The translations under genes were made by a program, and so were the position numbers. From the NCBI RefSeq assembly GCF_902713615.1, contig NW_024055498.1, positions 4,644,554-4,708,553 on the forward strand: DNA of 64,000 bases, in the 5' to 3' direction. Shown here piece after piece: positions 11,297 through 23,598 of this stretch (positions are counted from its first letter, which is position 1; every line of letters begins with the position of its first letter). This DNA is from Scyliorhinus canicula (lineage: Eukaryota). A model generated the notes under the pieces. The model was not told the origin of the DNA, did not search any database, and saw nothing but the letters and a program-made list of their open reading frames with translations.

Positions 11297-14200
11297 GTAA
11301 GAACCGTGCAATTATTTACTCACTGTTTTACTTGAGTCTTAGTTTTATATTTTTCTCTAAGTTAACAATTCATTCGTTCGCTGAATTATAGTTTGCTGGA
11401 TTTTGTATTGCGTTGTTTTGCAATGTTTCATACGATTTTGCTGAAAAGGGGAAAGAGAATTATTCTGCCTCTTGACAAAAGTTTCTGTTGAGGGATTCAG
11501 TCCCTGGTTGTTATGATTTGGTGGTTATTTACTGAGGATACTGTGTAGCCGGGTTACTTTCAATATCCAACGACTGTTAAACAGTTTGGCGTTTCTGCTA
11601 TGATTAATCTCGGTGACATCTGGTGGCTGCAAGTTTTACCACCAAGTGTTAAAAATCTAACCCAATATTCACAAAATATGCGAAATTTTCTGTGTTAATT
11701 TATTAAATATGTTCCATTTACGCACAATTTTGCCGCTTTTATTCCACATTTCTGTTTAGGGTAACAATTAATTCACTTGGTGACTGGCGGATTTGGTGGG
11801 TTCTCATTGAGATTGTCTTCAAATGTTATGTTTGATTCTGTTCAAAGTGTTTGTAGAATTGAGCTGCTTCTCCGTGAATCGAGGTTTAACCTCTCGGGGA
11901 TGTAATTTGGTGTTTATCAGCTGAGGAGATTGTGTCTGGGTAACTTTGAATAAGTAAAATCTGTGAAGCGGTGTGACGTTTCAGCATTGTTTCTGTATTG
12001 TTTCTGCATTGTTTGAACTCGATGATATTGAGCGGCTACATGTTTTGTAATTGGATGAAAACAATACACGCGTTTGAAACTGCTTGACGCATGATTATAG
12101 GCTAAAACAGAAGAGATATTAGGTTTTTCAAAAGTACTATTTGCAGATTAAAATAAATTACAGTTTTAGATGCTCCTTCCAAACATAATTTGTTCCTGCT
12201 ATCACAGCCTCGCTTCTCAGCAATGTTTCATCACGGTGGCATCTGATGGTTGCAGCTTTTACCATCTCCTGCAAACATTAAATATTTAAATATGTTTCAA
12301 TATAGCCCAATATGAATAAAATATCGTAAAGTTTCAATATTATTTTTGGACCTGTCCTACTTCCTCACAATGATACTGCTGTTATTCCATATTTTTATTT
12401 ATTTGATAATTCATACATTTGGTGGCGAGCTGGTCTGCTGGATTCGATATTGAGATGTTTTTGAAATGTTACGTTTGATTCTGTTCAATGTGGAATTGAG
12501 CTGCTTCTCCAGCAAACGGGTTTCAGTCCCGCAGTGATGAGTTTTGGTGTTTTCCTGCTGAGGGGATTATGTGTCTGGGTGATTTTAAAAACCGGTTTGG
12601 TGTTTCTACATTGTTTAAACTCGGTGATATTGACAGTTACATGTTTTCTAGTTCAATGCATTCTAATTGTTTGAACCTGCTTGAAACGCGATTGTAGGGA
12701 GAAAAGAGGCAGGTTTCGGAAATGAACAAAATAATTAAAGATATATTCGGGCGTTTTAAAATGTTTAATTGATGATTACAGATTAATCAGAGCGTACCGA
12801 TTCTACAGCAATGTTCAGTTGCACAAGAGATTTTTGCTTTAATTTGTATATCCCCAATAACATTTGCATTTACTTAAATAGGAGTTTAACTTTGCAATTT
12901 GCAATTTATGTGTCCGATTGTTATATTATTTCTGTGCAGCCACAACTATATGATTCTGCTTCTTCATTATGATTCATGATTCCTTCAATGCCATTTGTAG
13001 TTGGATAGTGAGATAATTGTCATTAATCTAATCATAAAGAATTTTCTGCGACCTGGAAGCCACTGACAGTGAAGGAATTGTTCATATGATTTTATTTGAA
13101 TTGGAAGAATGTTCAGACTGCATTGGGCAGGAGATTGACAAGTAAAAGCTTGAAATTCAAAGAGATTAATTTAATTACACACAGTATTAGCTTTGCAATA
13201 AATGATAATACCCTGTTTCGCACAACTGTGCTGTATATGGAATAGAAGTATATGAAAGACAAATTACAGAACAGGAGAAGAGATTATATCTGAGCCGCAT
13301 GCTTATTTATATTAAATATTAAATTGAGTAACAATATCTTTACTCCAGTTGCTCGTCATGTTTAGTTTTGTAGAGGATCTGAATGAACAGTTTTAACTGT
13401 ATTTTACACTAATTAATTTGGATCTCCTTTCATAATAATTTTAATAATTAAATTACAGAGATTAGTCGAGTTATTAAATCTAGGAAGCACTTTAATTGAT
13501 CACAAACAGCCTGCCACTTTATTTATTTATATATATAGTTTATATGCGACAGTTTAGAAACTCGGGAGTCTCGCTTTAACAAACAGATGATGTAATACCA
13601 TCACCTCACAGGGACAGTTTTCGCGATGTCAGCCCAGTTGAAAGTATTTGAAATATTGCACTCATAGACTTATCTTGAGAATTACACTCTGTGAATAGAT
13701 GAAATTCAAGATTTATCAATGCGTTCAGAAATATTAATAGTTAACATTTTTGTAGGTTAATACAGAGCAGTTCAAAACAAAAAAGTAAAACATTAAAACA
13801 TGGTTATTTTTCAGTAAAAATATTATACATGTTTGAATGTTTCCATCCAGTTATTTGTTATTTATTGTTTAGCATCGCTGAAGATTTAATTAAACTCAGA
13901 TGCTGTAACAAACTTCCAGGCAGGAACTAGTTCTGAATTATAGAAAACTCATTTTATTATTTTTATTAGAGTGCAAATAATCTGACAAGACACCTAATTG
14001 ACAATTAACCAACAGGCAATAACATATTTGTACTAACTAATTAAACATAAATGCCCCCCGACAGTCAAGCATTTAGAGAATCTGTAATTGTAACCAAAAT
14101 TAATTTAGAAAACAATAATTTCTTTACTCAGGTGGATGAAGTGTTTCGCCCTGTTTATTTCATTACATTTAATTAATTAATTAGATCAAATCAGCTAATC

Positions 14201-14757
14201 GGTTTTAAATGTGAATGTTTCCTGGTTTCTTTATTTCTTATCGTATCACTGGATCACTGTCATTAAACTCCCCTGAACCTGTTATATTTAATGTGCTCAT
14301 TCTCAGTGAAAATACATTGTGCTCAGTTCAGACATACAGCGAGAAATAACTGAAAGGCGAAGGAAGCTTTGAAATTAATATCAGTTTAATTTCAAAGAAG
14401 TTATTGAGTTGTTGTTGTCATAAATTGACCATTGACCAATTAGAATGAAACAGCTTGAATAATTCATTCTCTTGTATTTTAGGGGATGGAAGTTGACTGA
14501 TTTCTTTTTTTAAAAATGGTATCTGTGAGGAATGTGAAAGTTTTACTTTATGTTTGACGAGGCGCCTCAGACTGAGATACTTGCCCCCAAATTGTGACAG
14601 TCAGAAAGAACAATTCAGAAATGCCAGGTAGTGTAGGAGATCTGGTTGCTTTTTAATCATTGCTGCATCTGCCTTTGGAATGTTAGAGTAGGCAATGCAG
14701 AGGGAGATTTATTCTCTTTTATTCCTTGTCATAACAGTCCTTATCCTATTTAATGGC

Positions 14758-15260
14758 CATGATGTGGAGATGCCGGCGTTGAACTGAGGTGAGGACAGTA
14801 AGAAGTCTTACAACACCAGGTTAAAGTCCAACAGGTTTGTTTCAACACGAGCTTTCGGGGCACAGCTCCTTCCTCAGCTGAATGGAGAGGTATGTTCCAG
14901 AAACATTTATATAGACAAAGTCAGAGATGCCAGACAATGCTTGGAATGCGAGCATTTACGGGTAATCAAATCATTACAGATCCAGAGATAGGGGGTGATC
15001 CTTGCAAAATCCTACCAACTGTCCTGGCTTGAGACAATTCACACCTCTTTAACCTGGGATCACCCCCTATCTCTGGATCTGTAATGATTTGATTACCCGC
15101 AAATGCTCGCATTCCAAGCATTGTCTGGCATCTCTGACTTTGTCTGTATACATGTTTCTGGAACATACCTCGCCATTCACCTGAGGAAGGAGCAGTGCTC
15201 CGAAAGCTCGTGTTTGAAAGAAAACTGTTGGACTTTAATCTGGTGTTGTAAGACTTCTTA
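14758..15260. mobile_element. Penelope-like insertion made of inverted terminal repeats
   Basis: Arms 14797-15001 and 15057-15262 are reverse complements and match the repeat of the 31-34.7 kb element. CTATTTAATGGC occurs on both sides (14746, 15261) as a likely target-site duplication. Confidence 0.8.
15178..15212 (+). ncRNA. Minimal type I hammerhead ribozyme motif (Penelope-associated)
   Basis: CAC-CTGAGGA-a-GGAGC/agt/GCTCC-GAAAGCTC-GTG: core CUGANGA, stem II, GAAA, palindromic stem III, and 3-bp stem I. Confidence 0.6.
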
Positions 15261-15380
15261 CTATTTAATGGCGCAAGAAAAGAGACAAATTATTCTGTAT
15301 TTTACATTTAATCTTAATCAGGATGTTATAGTCGCTGGTGAGACCAGCTTTTGTTATCTAATTGCCCCTTGAGAAAGTGT

Positions 15381-16962
15381 TAGAACATAGAACATAGAAC
15401 ATAGAACACTACAGCGCAGTACGGGCCCTTCGGCCCTCGATGTTGCGCCGACCTGTGAAACCATCTGAAGCCTATCTGACCTACACTATTCCATTTTCAT
15501 CCATATGTCTATCCAGTGACCACTTAAATGCCCTTAAAGTTGGCGAGTCTACTACTGTTGCAGGCAGGGCGTTCCACACCCCTACTACTCTCTGAGTAAA
15601 GAAACTGCCTCTGACATCTGTCCTATATCTCTCACCCCTCAATTTAAAGCTATGTCCCCTCGTGTTGGTCATCACCATCCGAGGAAAAAGACTCTCACTG
15701 TCCACCCTATCTAACCCTCTGACTATCTTATATGTCTCTATTAAGTCACCTCTCAGCCTTCTCCTCTCTAACGAAAACAACCTCAATTCCCTGAGCCTTT
15801 CCTCGTAAGACCTTCCCTCCATACCAGGCAACATCCTAGTAAATCTCCTCTGAACCCTTTCCAAAGCTTCCACATCCTTCCTATAATGTGGTGACCAGAA
15901 CTGCACGCAGTACTCCAGGTGTGGCCGCACCAGAGTTATGTACAGCTGCAGCATGACCTTGTGGTTCCGAAACTCAATCCCCCTGCTTATAAAGGCTAGC
16001 ACACCATATGCCTTCTTAACAGCCCTATTAACCTGGGTGGCAACTTTCAAGGATTTATGTACCTGGATGCCGAGATCTCTCTGTTCATCTACACTACCAA
16101 GAATCTTGCCATTAGCCCAGTACTCTGCATTCCTGTTACTCCTTCCAAAGTGAACCACCTCACACTTTTCCGCATTAAACTCCATCTGCCACCTCTCAGC
16201 CAAGCTCTGCAGCTTATCTATGTCCCTCTGTATCCTATAACATCCTTCAGCACTATCCACAACTCCACCGACCTTCGTGTCATCTGCAAATTTACTAACC
16301 CATCCTTCTACACCCTCTTCCAGGTCATTTATAAAAATGACAAACAGCAGTGGCCCCAAAACAGATCCTTGCGGTACACCACTAGTAACTGAACTCCAGG
16401 ATGAACATTTGCCATCAACCACCACCCTCTGTCTTCTTTCAGCTAGCCAATTACTGATCCAAACCGCTAAATCACCTTCAATTCCATACTTCCTTATTTT
16501 CTGCAATAGCCTACCGTGGGGAACCTTATCAAACGCCTTACTGAAATCCATATACACCACATCAACAGCTTTACCCTGATCCACCTGTTTGGTCACCTTC
16601 TCAAAAAACTCAATAAGGTTTGTGAGACATGACCTACCCTTCACAAAACCGTGTTGAGTATCGCTAATCAACTTGTTCTTTTCAAGATGATTATAAACCC
16701 TATCTCTTATAACCTTTTCCAACATTTTACCCACAACCGAAGTAAGGCTCACAGGTCTATAATTACCAGGGTTGTCTCTACTCCCCTTCTTGAACAAGGG
16801 GACAACATTTGCTATCCTCCAGTCTTCCGGCACTATTCCTGTCGACAAAGACGACATAAATATCAAGGACAAAGGCTCTGCAATCTCCTCCCTGGCTTCC
16901 CAGAGAATCCTAGGATAAATCCCATCTGGCCCAGGGGACTTATCTATTTTGACATTTTCTAA
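15381..16962 (-). mobile_element. 5'-truncated CR1 LINE with intact RT ORF
   Basis: 463-aa ORF 15481..16872 (PGNYRPVSL, QHGF, GVPQGSVLGP, KFADD); 3' tail (GTTCTAT)n at 15381-15408. Confidence 0.93.
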
Positions 16963-16999
16963 TGTTGATGTGAATCACTTTTTTGCATAGCTGCAGTCC

Positions 17000-17480
17000 A
17001 TGTGGTGTAGATACATCCACAGTGCTGTGACGGAGAGATTTTCACCATTTTGACCAAGCAACAGTGAAGGAATCGGGACAGTTTTAAGTCAGGATGGTGT
17101 GTGACTTGGAAGTAAAGTGCAGGTTGTGGTGTTCCCATGCATCTGCTGCCCTTGTCCTTCTAGGTGGTAGAGGTTGGGTGTTTGGAAGGCATTTTCGATG
17201 AAGCCTTGGAGGGTTGCTGCAGTGCATCTTGTATATCACCCACACTGCTGCCAACGTTCGTCAGTGATGGAGGGAGTGAATGTTTAAGACATGAATGGGG
17301 CTAATTTGGCGGCGGCTTTGTCCTGGACAATGTTGAATTTCTGCAGTTTATTTTGTGGTTCAATCATTGAGAGAAGTGGAAGTGATTCAATCACAGACCA
17401 GACTTGTGGATGGTAAAATCTTTGGGAGATAGGTTTTGAATTACCTGACACAGAATTCCCAGTCTCTGACAGGCTCTTGT
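17000..17480 (-). mobile_element. Degenerate LINE 3' fragment (L2/CR1 clade)
   Basis: Same family as 6115-6990 (NIVQDKAA motif on the minus strand). Confidence 0.55.
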
Positions 17481-17739
17481 CGCTCGACAATGTAGCAGAT
17501 GTTTTATTTTATATCAGACCAGCATTGTATCTCCATCCTTGCAGCGGGAGATAGGAGCTTTTGTGAGGAGGAGTGGGGACTTTATTTTATATCTTAAAAT
17601 GACCTGTGCGTGACCTGAGGGCCTTTCCCCGCAGAGGTCAAGTAGACAGAATAAACATCGAACTAACAAGCTGCGAGTTATCGAATCAGATATCTGGAAA
17701 CATATTGCCCCATTTAGCAATGTGATTTAGGGATTTAGC

Positions 17740-17915
17740 TAAATGCTGATTTAACACAGGGCTAAATCGCTGGCTTTGAGAGCCGACCAAGGCAGGCCAG
17801 CAGCACGGTTCAATTCCCGTATCAGCCTCCCTGAACAGGCGCCGGAATGTGGCGACTAGCGGCTTTTCACAGTAACTTCATTTGAAGCCGACTTGTGACA
17901 ATTAGCGATTTTCAT
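17740..17915 (+). mobile_element. tRNA-derived SINE
   Basis: ggttcaattcc B-box, ggaatgtggcgactag core, and (TTTCA)n tail. Confidence 0.7.
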
Positions 17916-18059
17916 TTCATTTCATTGCACGGTGAAATGATGCACGTTAATTGACAAAGTCAATGGACAACGTATCTGTGAACGATTTAAATGATTGTCC
18001 AACCCATGGTCCGCGAACCGGATTATGCTGACTGAGTCGCCCACACTCACTGTGAGAGT

Positions 18060-20600
18060 GGATGGGAATGTTTGTGGAGTGTGAGGGTGAATGAGAATAT
18101 GGAAACTGGGGGTGAGCCAGGCAGACACATACACTCTTTCACACAAGTACACACACACACTCATACATCTAAATATTCTTTGTCACACATACACTCACCG
18201 TCTCACACACACAGTTCCACTCTCGCTCTCACACACTGCTTCTCTCACACACCCACACACAAACAGACTTTCAAACACTCAGAAAATGCTGGACATTCTC
18301 ATCAGGTCTGACAGCATCTGTGGAGAGAGAAGGGGCAGAAGGAAGTTTTCTTCTCTCTCCAGAGATGCTGTCAAACCTGCTGAGATTTTGCAGTATTTTC
18401 TATTTTTGTTTCAGATTCCAGCATCGGCAATAATTTGCTTTTATCAGACACATTCTCTTGTTCTCTCTCTCACACACAATCTCTCAAAGCACAAATACGC
18501 ACTCTCGTTCTTACCACACTCTCACACACCCACAGAGAAAATGCTCACACACACAAACTTAAACACTTCCTTGCACAGAAATACACTCTCACACAAGTAC
18601 ACATTTTTTGCACTCACACACTTTTTCTCTCTGACCAACTCTCTCTCACGCACACTACCACTCTCTTGGATATTCTGTCAGACACACGAATGTGTCTCAC
18701 ACATACATCATCTCACACCCTCTCATCTCCGCCCCCCTCTCTCCCACATGCACACTCCCACAGATAAATGCGCACACTTTATCTCTTTCACGCACTTACT
18801 TTTCCACACACTCGCATCCAGCCTCTCACACACTGTCTCTCTCCCACACACTCTATTTCTCACACATATCCTTTCTCTCTCTTACACACACTCTCACACA
18901 CACTTATACAAAGGGTCTCTTGCCAACACACACACACACCCTGTCTCTCACATGCTGTCTTTCTCACACACTTTCTGTCACACACTCACACATACTTGCA
19001 CACTCTCCCTTACACACATTGCCAATCTCACTCACCCACTCAGGCCCACACGCTCACTCGCCCTCTTTCAGCCAATGGTATGCTCCCACTCTAACTCATC
19101 AACCCTAACTCACCTGTTCCCTCACCCTCACTCAGTCACACACCCTCACTCACACACACTCACTCACTCACACACTTACTCTCGCACATACTTACTCAAA
19201 TTCACACCATCACTCACTCACACAGACACACTCACAGACACACAATTACTCACTCACACACCCTCACTCACCCTCATTGGCTCACACTTACTAGCCCGAC
19301 CTAAGTCACTCACCTTCACACTACCCTCACCACTCACTCACACACAAACACTCGCTCACAAACCCTCACACACCCTCACTCACCATCACTATCTCACCCT
19401 CATTGACCAACCTAATTCACTCACCTTCACACTACCCTCATCACTCACTCACATTCACCCTCACTCAGTCACCCACCATCACTCACTGACTCACCCACCC
19501 TCACGCGCCCGCCCTCACTCATTTTCGCCCACCCTCATTCAGTCTCTCACCTGACTCAATCACCCATCCTCACTCACTCACCCTCATTCACCCACCCACA
19601 CTGACTCACTCTCACGCACTGACACTGCCCTCGCCCTCATTCACACACCCTCGCTCACCCACATACCCCCATGCACACTCATTTACCCAGCCTTACTCAC
19701 ACACCATCATTAACCCACCCTCTTTCACCCACTCGCACTCACACTCACACACTGTCATTCACTTACATTTACTCACTCACCCTCACTTACGCACACTCAC
19801 TCTTCCTTATTCACCCACACTCACTCACACGCCCTCATTAACTCACTCACCCTTACTCACCCAACCTCATTAAATCACCCTCAGTCACGCACCCACTCAC
19901 ATTCACTGCCTCATTTTCACCCACCCACACTCATTCTCGCCACTCATATCCCTCACTCAACCAAGCTCATCCGCTAATTCTCAGTTAAACACCTCAATCA
20001 CTCAGCCACACTCATACAACCTCATTCATCGTAACTCGTTCACTCTCACTCATTCACCCTCACTCATTCACCCTCACTCATTCACCCTCACCTATTCACC
20101 CTCACTCATTCACCCTCACTCATTCACCCTCACTCATTCACCCTCACTCATTCACCCTCCCTCATTCACCCTCACTCATTCACCCTCACTCAGTCACCCT
20201 CACTCATTCACCCTCACTCATTCACTCTCACTCATTCACCCTCACTCATTCACCCTCACTCACTCACCCTCACTCATTCACCTCACTCATTCACTCTCAC
20301 TCATTCACTCTCACTCAGTCACCCACCCAGTCACTCACCCACAGTAACCCATCCTGACTCTCCCACCCTCACTCACTCACCTTCGCTCTCATGTTCACTA
20401 CACGACTGCACTCACAAACTCAACTCCGAAACTTACTCACTCGGCCTCACTTATTTTCTCTCATTCACTGCCCTCACCCACCCTGAGTCATTCACCCTTA
20501 GTGACACACCCTCACCATTTACCATCACTCAGTCAATCAACCAACTCACTCACCCCCTCTCACTCTCCAACCCTCACTCTGTTACTCACTCATTCTCTTA
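18060..20600. repeat. 2.5-kb C/A-rich low-complexity tract including a 14-bp tandem array
   Basis: Degenerate (CA)/(CT)/(CACT) repeats; unit CACTCATTCACCCT repeated about 19 times at about 20045-20310; very few G on the + strand. Confidence 0.9.
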
Positions 20601-20954
20601 CGCACGGTCCCTAAATCGGTCCCGAATGTCTGCAACGAGAGAGAAAGAGAGAACTGGAGCGGGGCATGAGTTTCGCACGACTGGCGCCCGAAAGTATCTG
20701 TGCGGCCCGGGAGAGGATAGTTCAGAGAGCCGGGAGAAAGCGCCGGAGCCGGAGTAACTTCCAGGGCCAGGGAAAGAACAAGGAGGCGAGGAACAGGGCA
20801 GGAATGGGGGAGGGGGACACAGAGATGTGAGGGACAGAGCGGAGATGTGGGGGGAAACAGAGATGTGGTGAACAGGACAATTCAATTTCCAAAACTGCAA
20901 TGATATAAATGAAGATACAACTTCTTTATCACAAAATGTTGTTGACTGTGAAAT

Positions 20955-21553
20955 ACACAGCTCAGTTAGCTGGATTGTGACGTACATAGCTCAGTTAGCT
21001 GGATTGTGACGTACACAGCTCAATTAGCTGGATTGTGATGTACACAGCTCAGTTTGCTGGATTTGCCGTCCACAGCTCAGTTAGCTGGATTGTGACGTAC
21101 ACAGCTCAGCTAGCTGGATTGTGACGTGCACAGCTCAGTTCGCTGGATTGTGACGTACACAGCTTAGTTAGCTGGATTGTGACGTACACAGCTCAGTTAG
21201 CTGGATTGTGACGTACACAGCTCAGTTAGCTGTATTGTGACGTACACAGCTCAGCTAGCTGGATTGTGACGTACACAGCTCAGCTAGCTGGATTGTGACG
21301 TACACAGCTCAGCTAGCTGGATTGTGACGTACACAGTTCAGTTAGCTGGATTGTGACGTACACAGTTCAGTTAGCTGTATTGTGACGTACACAGCTCAGT
21401 TAGCTGGATTGTGATGTACACAGCTCAGATTGCTGGATTGTGACGTACACAGCTCAGATTGCTGGATTGTGACCTGCACAGCTCAGTTAGCTGGATCCTG
21501 ACGTACACAGCTCAGGTAGTTGGATTGTGACGGACACAGCTCAGTTAGCTGGA
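20955..21553 (+). repeat. 29-bp tandem array (about 20.7 units)
   Basis: Consensus ACACAGCTCAGTTAGCTGGATTGTGACGT; the last unit runs directly into a SINE head. Confidence 0.95.
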
Positions 21554-21740
21554 CGGCTGGTTCGTGATGAAGAGCGATCCCAACAGCGCGGGTTCAATTG
21601 CTGCACCGGCTGAGGTTATTCATGAAAACTCCCATTCTCAACCTTGCCTCTCGCCTGAGGTGTGGTGACGCTCAGGTTAAATCCCCACCAGTAAACTCTA
21701 AAAAGGAGGGAGACTCAGGAACTATGGGACATTTCCATTT
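21534..21740 (+). mobile_element. tRNA-derived SINE
   Basis: A-box-like agctcagttagctgg and B-box ggttcaattgc, followed by a SINE body. Confidence 0.6.
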
Positions 21741-22065
21741 TGTATTACATGGTGGCTGAAAAAATGGGGATAACCCCTCTGCTCCTCTCTTTCAATCCAA
21801 TGAAAGTTACACCATTCAGATTACATCAAAATGTTCTTTTTTTGCCAGGTGGTAGGGACGGAGAAAGAGATGTGAGTTTATAATGAGGGGGCGAACAGGT
21901 GGTGATTCTCAAATGATAGATCAAATAAATGCTGAAATATCGTTGTTGCATTTAATAGGAAAATGTTAGAATAAACTCATAGTTATAGTCGAATATTGAA
22001 AGCTTACGTTACTGAATAAATACGATCCCAGAGTCTAACTTGTTGAATGGGCCATTCTCTCCCAG

Positions 22066-22365
22066 CGACACCGTCTCCGCCCACTCTCTACAGCCTGGTC
22101 TCCTCCTGTCAGCAACACAACACCGATGGCTCCGTGACCTACGGTTGTTTGGCGATGGACTACTCCCCAGAAATCACCAGACTTACCTGGAAGAAAGATG
22201 GGCAGCCGATCACCACTGGTGTTAAGAAATACCCGTCAGTGAGAAACTTGAAGGGAACCTACACCCTGAGCAGCCAGTTAACCATCACCGAGTCAGAGGG
22301 GGGATGCAGCAAAATCAGCTGTGAGGTTCGACACAGAGGCTCAGACAAGAGCATTGGAATGAAAT
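22066..22365 (+). CDS. IGHM: Cmu1 exon
   Basis: Acceptor ctcccag. [17 protein letters not shown]...[10 protein letters not shown]...LTWKK...[16 protein letters not shown]; donor gtaagt. Retains the N-terminal Cys (SSCQQ) at the position used for light-chain bonding. Confidence 0.95.
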
Positions 22366-23179
22366 GTAAGTGTTGTGGAAATGTGGAAGTGGATTACATT
22401 TATTGTCTTGTTTTAACCTTGCTGTCTGTACGTAATATTAAGGTTCTGAAATATATCTGTGATCATCAAGTAAAAAGATGTTAAAGGGTTGAGGGAATGG
22501 AATGAGAACATATCTCTGTATCTGTTAGTGCAGAGACAGCAAAGATGAGTGTGTAAAACCTTGTCAACTGAGACAATGGGCATTGGAATGTGAAAGAGCT
22601 GACTCAGGAGCATGAGAGGGAAAGAGATAAGGAAGTTCGACCTGATGGACGGATAGGATAAGAAAACCGTTAGCAGCAGCAGTATTAGTGAACCGTGCTA
22701 ATGATTATGTCATAGTAACCACCCTACGTCAGGATAATAATTCCCTATAAGTACATGTTCTGGATCCTTGCCAAATCATTGGTATATCTAGGAATTTAAG
22801 GGGACCACCTCTAAGCTGTGATTGTATAAAGGGACAGTCCGTACTCTGGGACTTTGGCACTTCTCGAAGGCGGTTCCCCGACTACTTAGAGATTTGTCCC
22901 GGCCGTGAATAAACGAATATTCGTTACTGACGTGTTCGAGTGTTTTACTTCTGGACTGACGGACGGCTGTGTGAAAGCGCAATTCACATAACCTGTGAGA
23001 AACAGAAAATCTGTCATTCCTTTATTTACAACTTTGGTTATTTATGATACATTTATGGTACTCTGCATAGTTCTGATTCCTGGCGAAAAATATTGACTGC
23101 AGACAAAGAGTTAAACATAATAAGTCATTTTATTTGTTACAAGATCTTCTGCAAGAAATGTTAACTTGTGTTTTTGAAG

Positions 23180-23491
23180 GTGGTGGAAATGACATCCCTC
23201 CAAATGTTCTCCTCACCGTGAGTTCCAATGAAGAAATCTCAAGCAAGAAATTTGCAACCATCGTCTGTTCAATCAACAATTTCCGTTCAAACTCAATTAA
23301 CGTGAAGTGGCTGAAGAATGGACAACCCATGGGTTCAGGAATTGTCACCTCTCCCGCCTATGAAGTGAACGGGAACTTCTCAGTGAGCAGTCGGCTGACA
23401 GTCTCCGCTGGGGAATGGTTCAGCAAAGCGGTCTATACCTGCCAGGTCACTCATCAAGAGGTCACCCAAAGTCTGAACATCGCCTCGTCTG
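23180..23491 (+). CDS. IGHM: Cmu2 exon
   Basis: [14 protein letters not shown]...TIVCSI...VKWLKNG...[19 protein letters not shown]; AG/GT boundaries. Confidence 0.95.
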
Positions 23492-23598
23492 GTAAGAGAC
23501 ACAAACAGAGGAAACAATAAATCATCCTGCATTCTGCTGTTAATCCAAATCAGGAATTTACTGAAGTTAGTACAAAGCACAGAATAACTTCTATTTTA

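Noticed and set aside
11530-11570. tactgtg followed by GYFQY-like codons, repeated at about 11930 and 12570 (possible pseudo-J segments)
   Set aside because: No nonamer at 12 or 23 spacing, no WGxG and no donor; treated as part of the duplicated intronic block.
18091-19554. 487-aa ORF, the longest in the window
   Set aside because: It is a translation of the C/A-rich low-complexity tract (H/T/L/S-rich); stop codons are rare there only because G is scarce.
20682-20692. TGGCGCCCGAA, matching the start of a tRNA-Lys primer-binding site
   Set aside because: Only 11 nt match and there is no adjacent LTR or gag.
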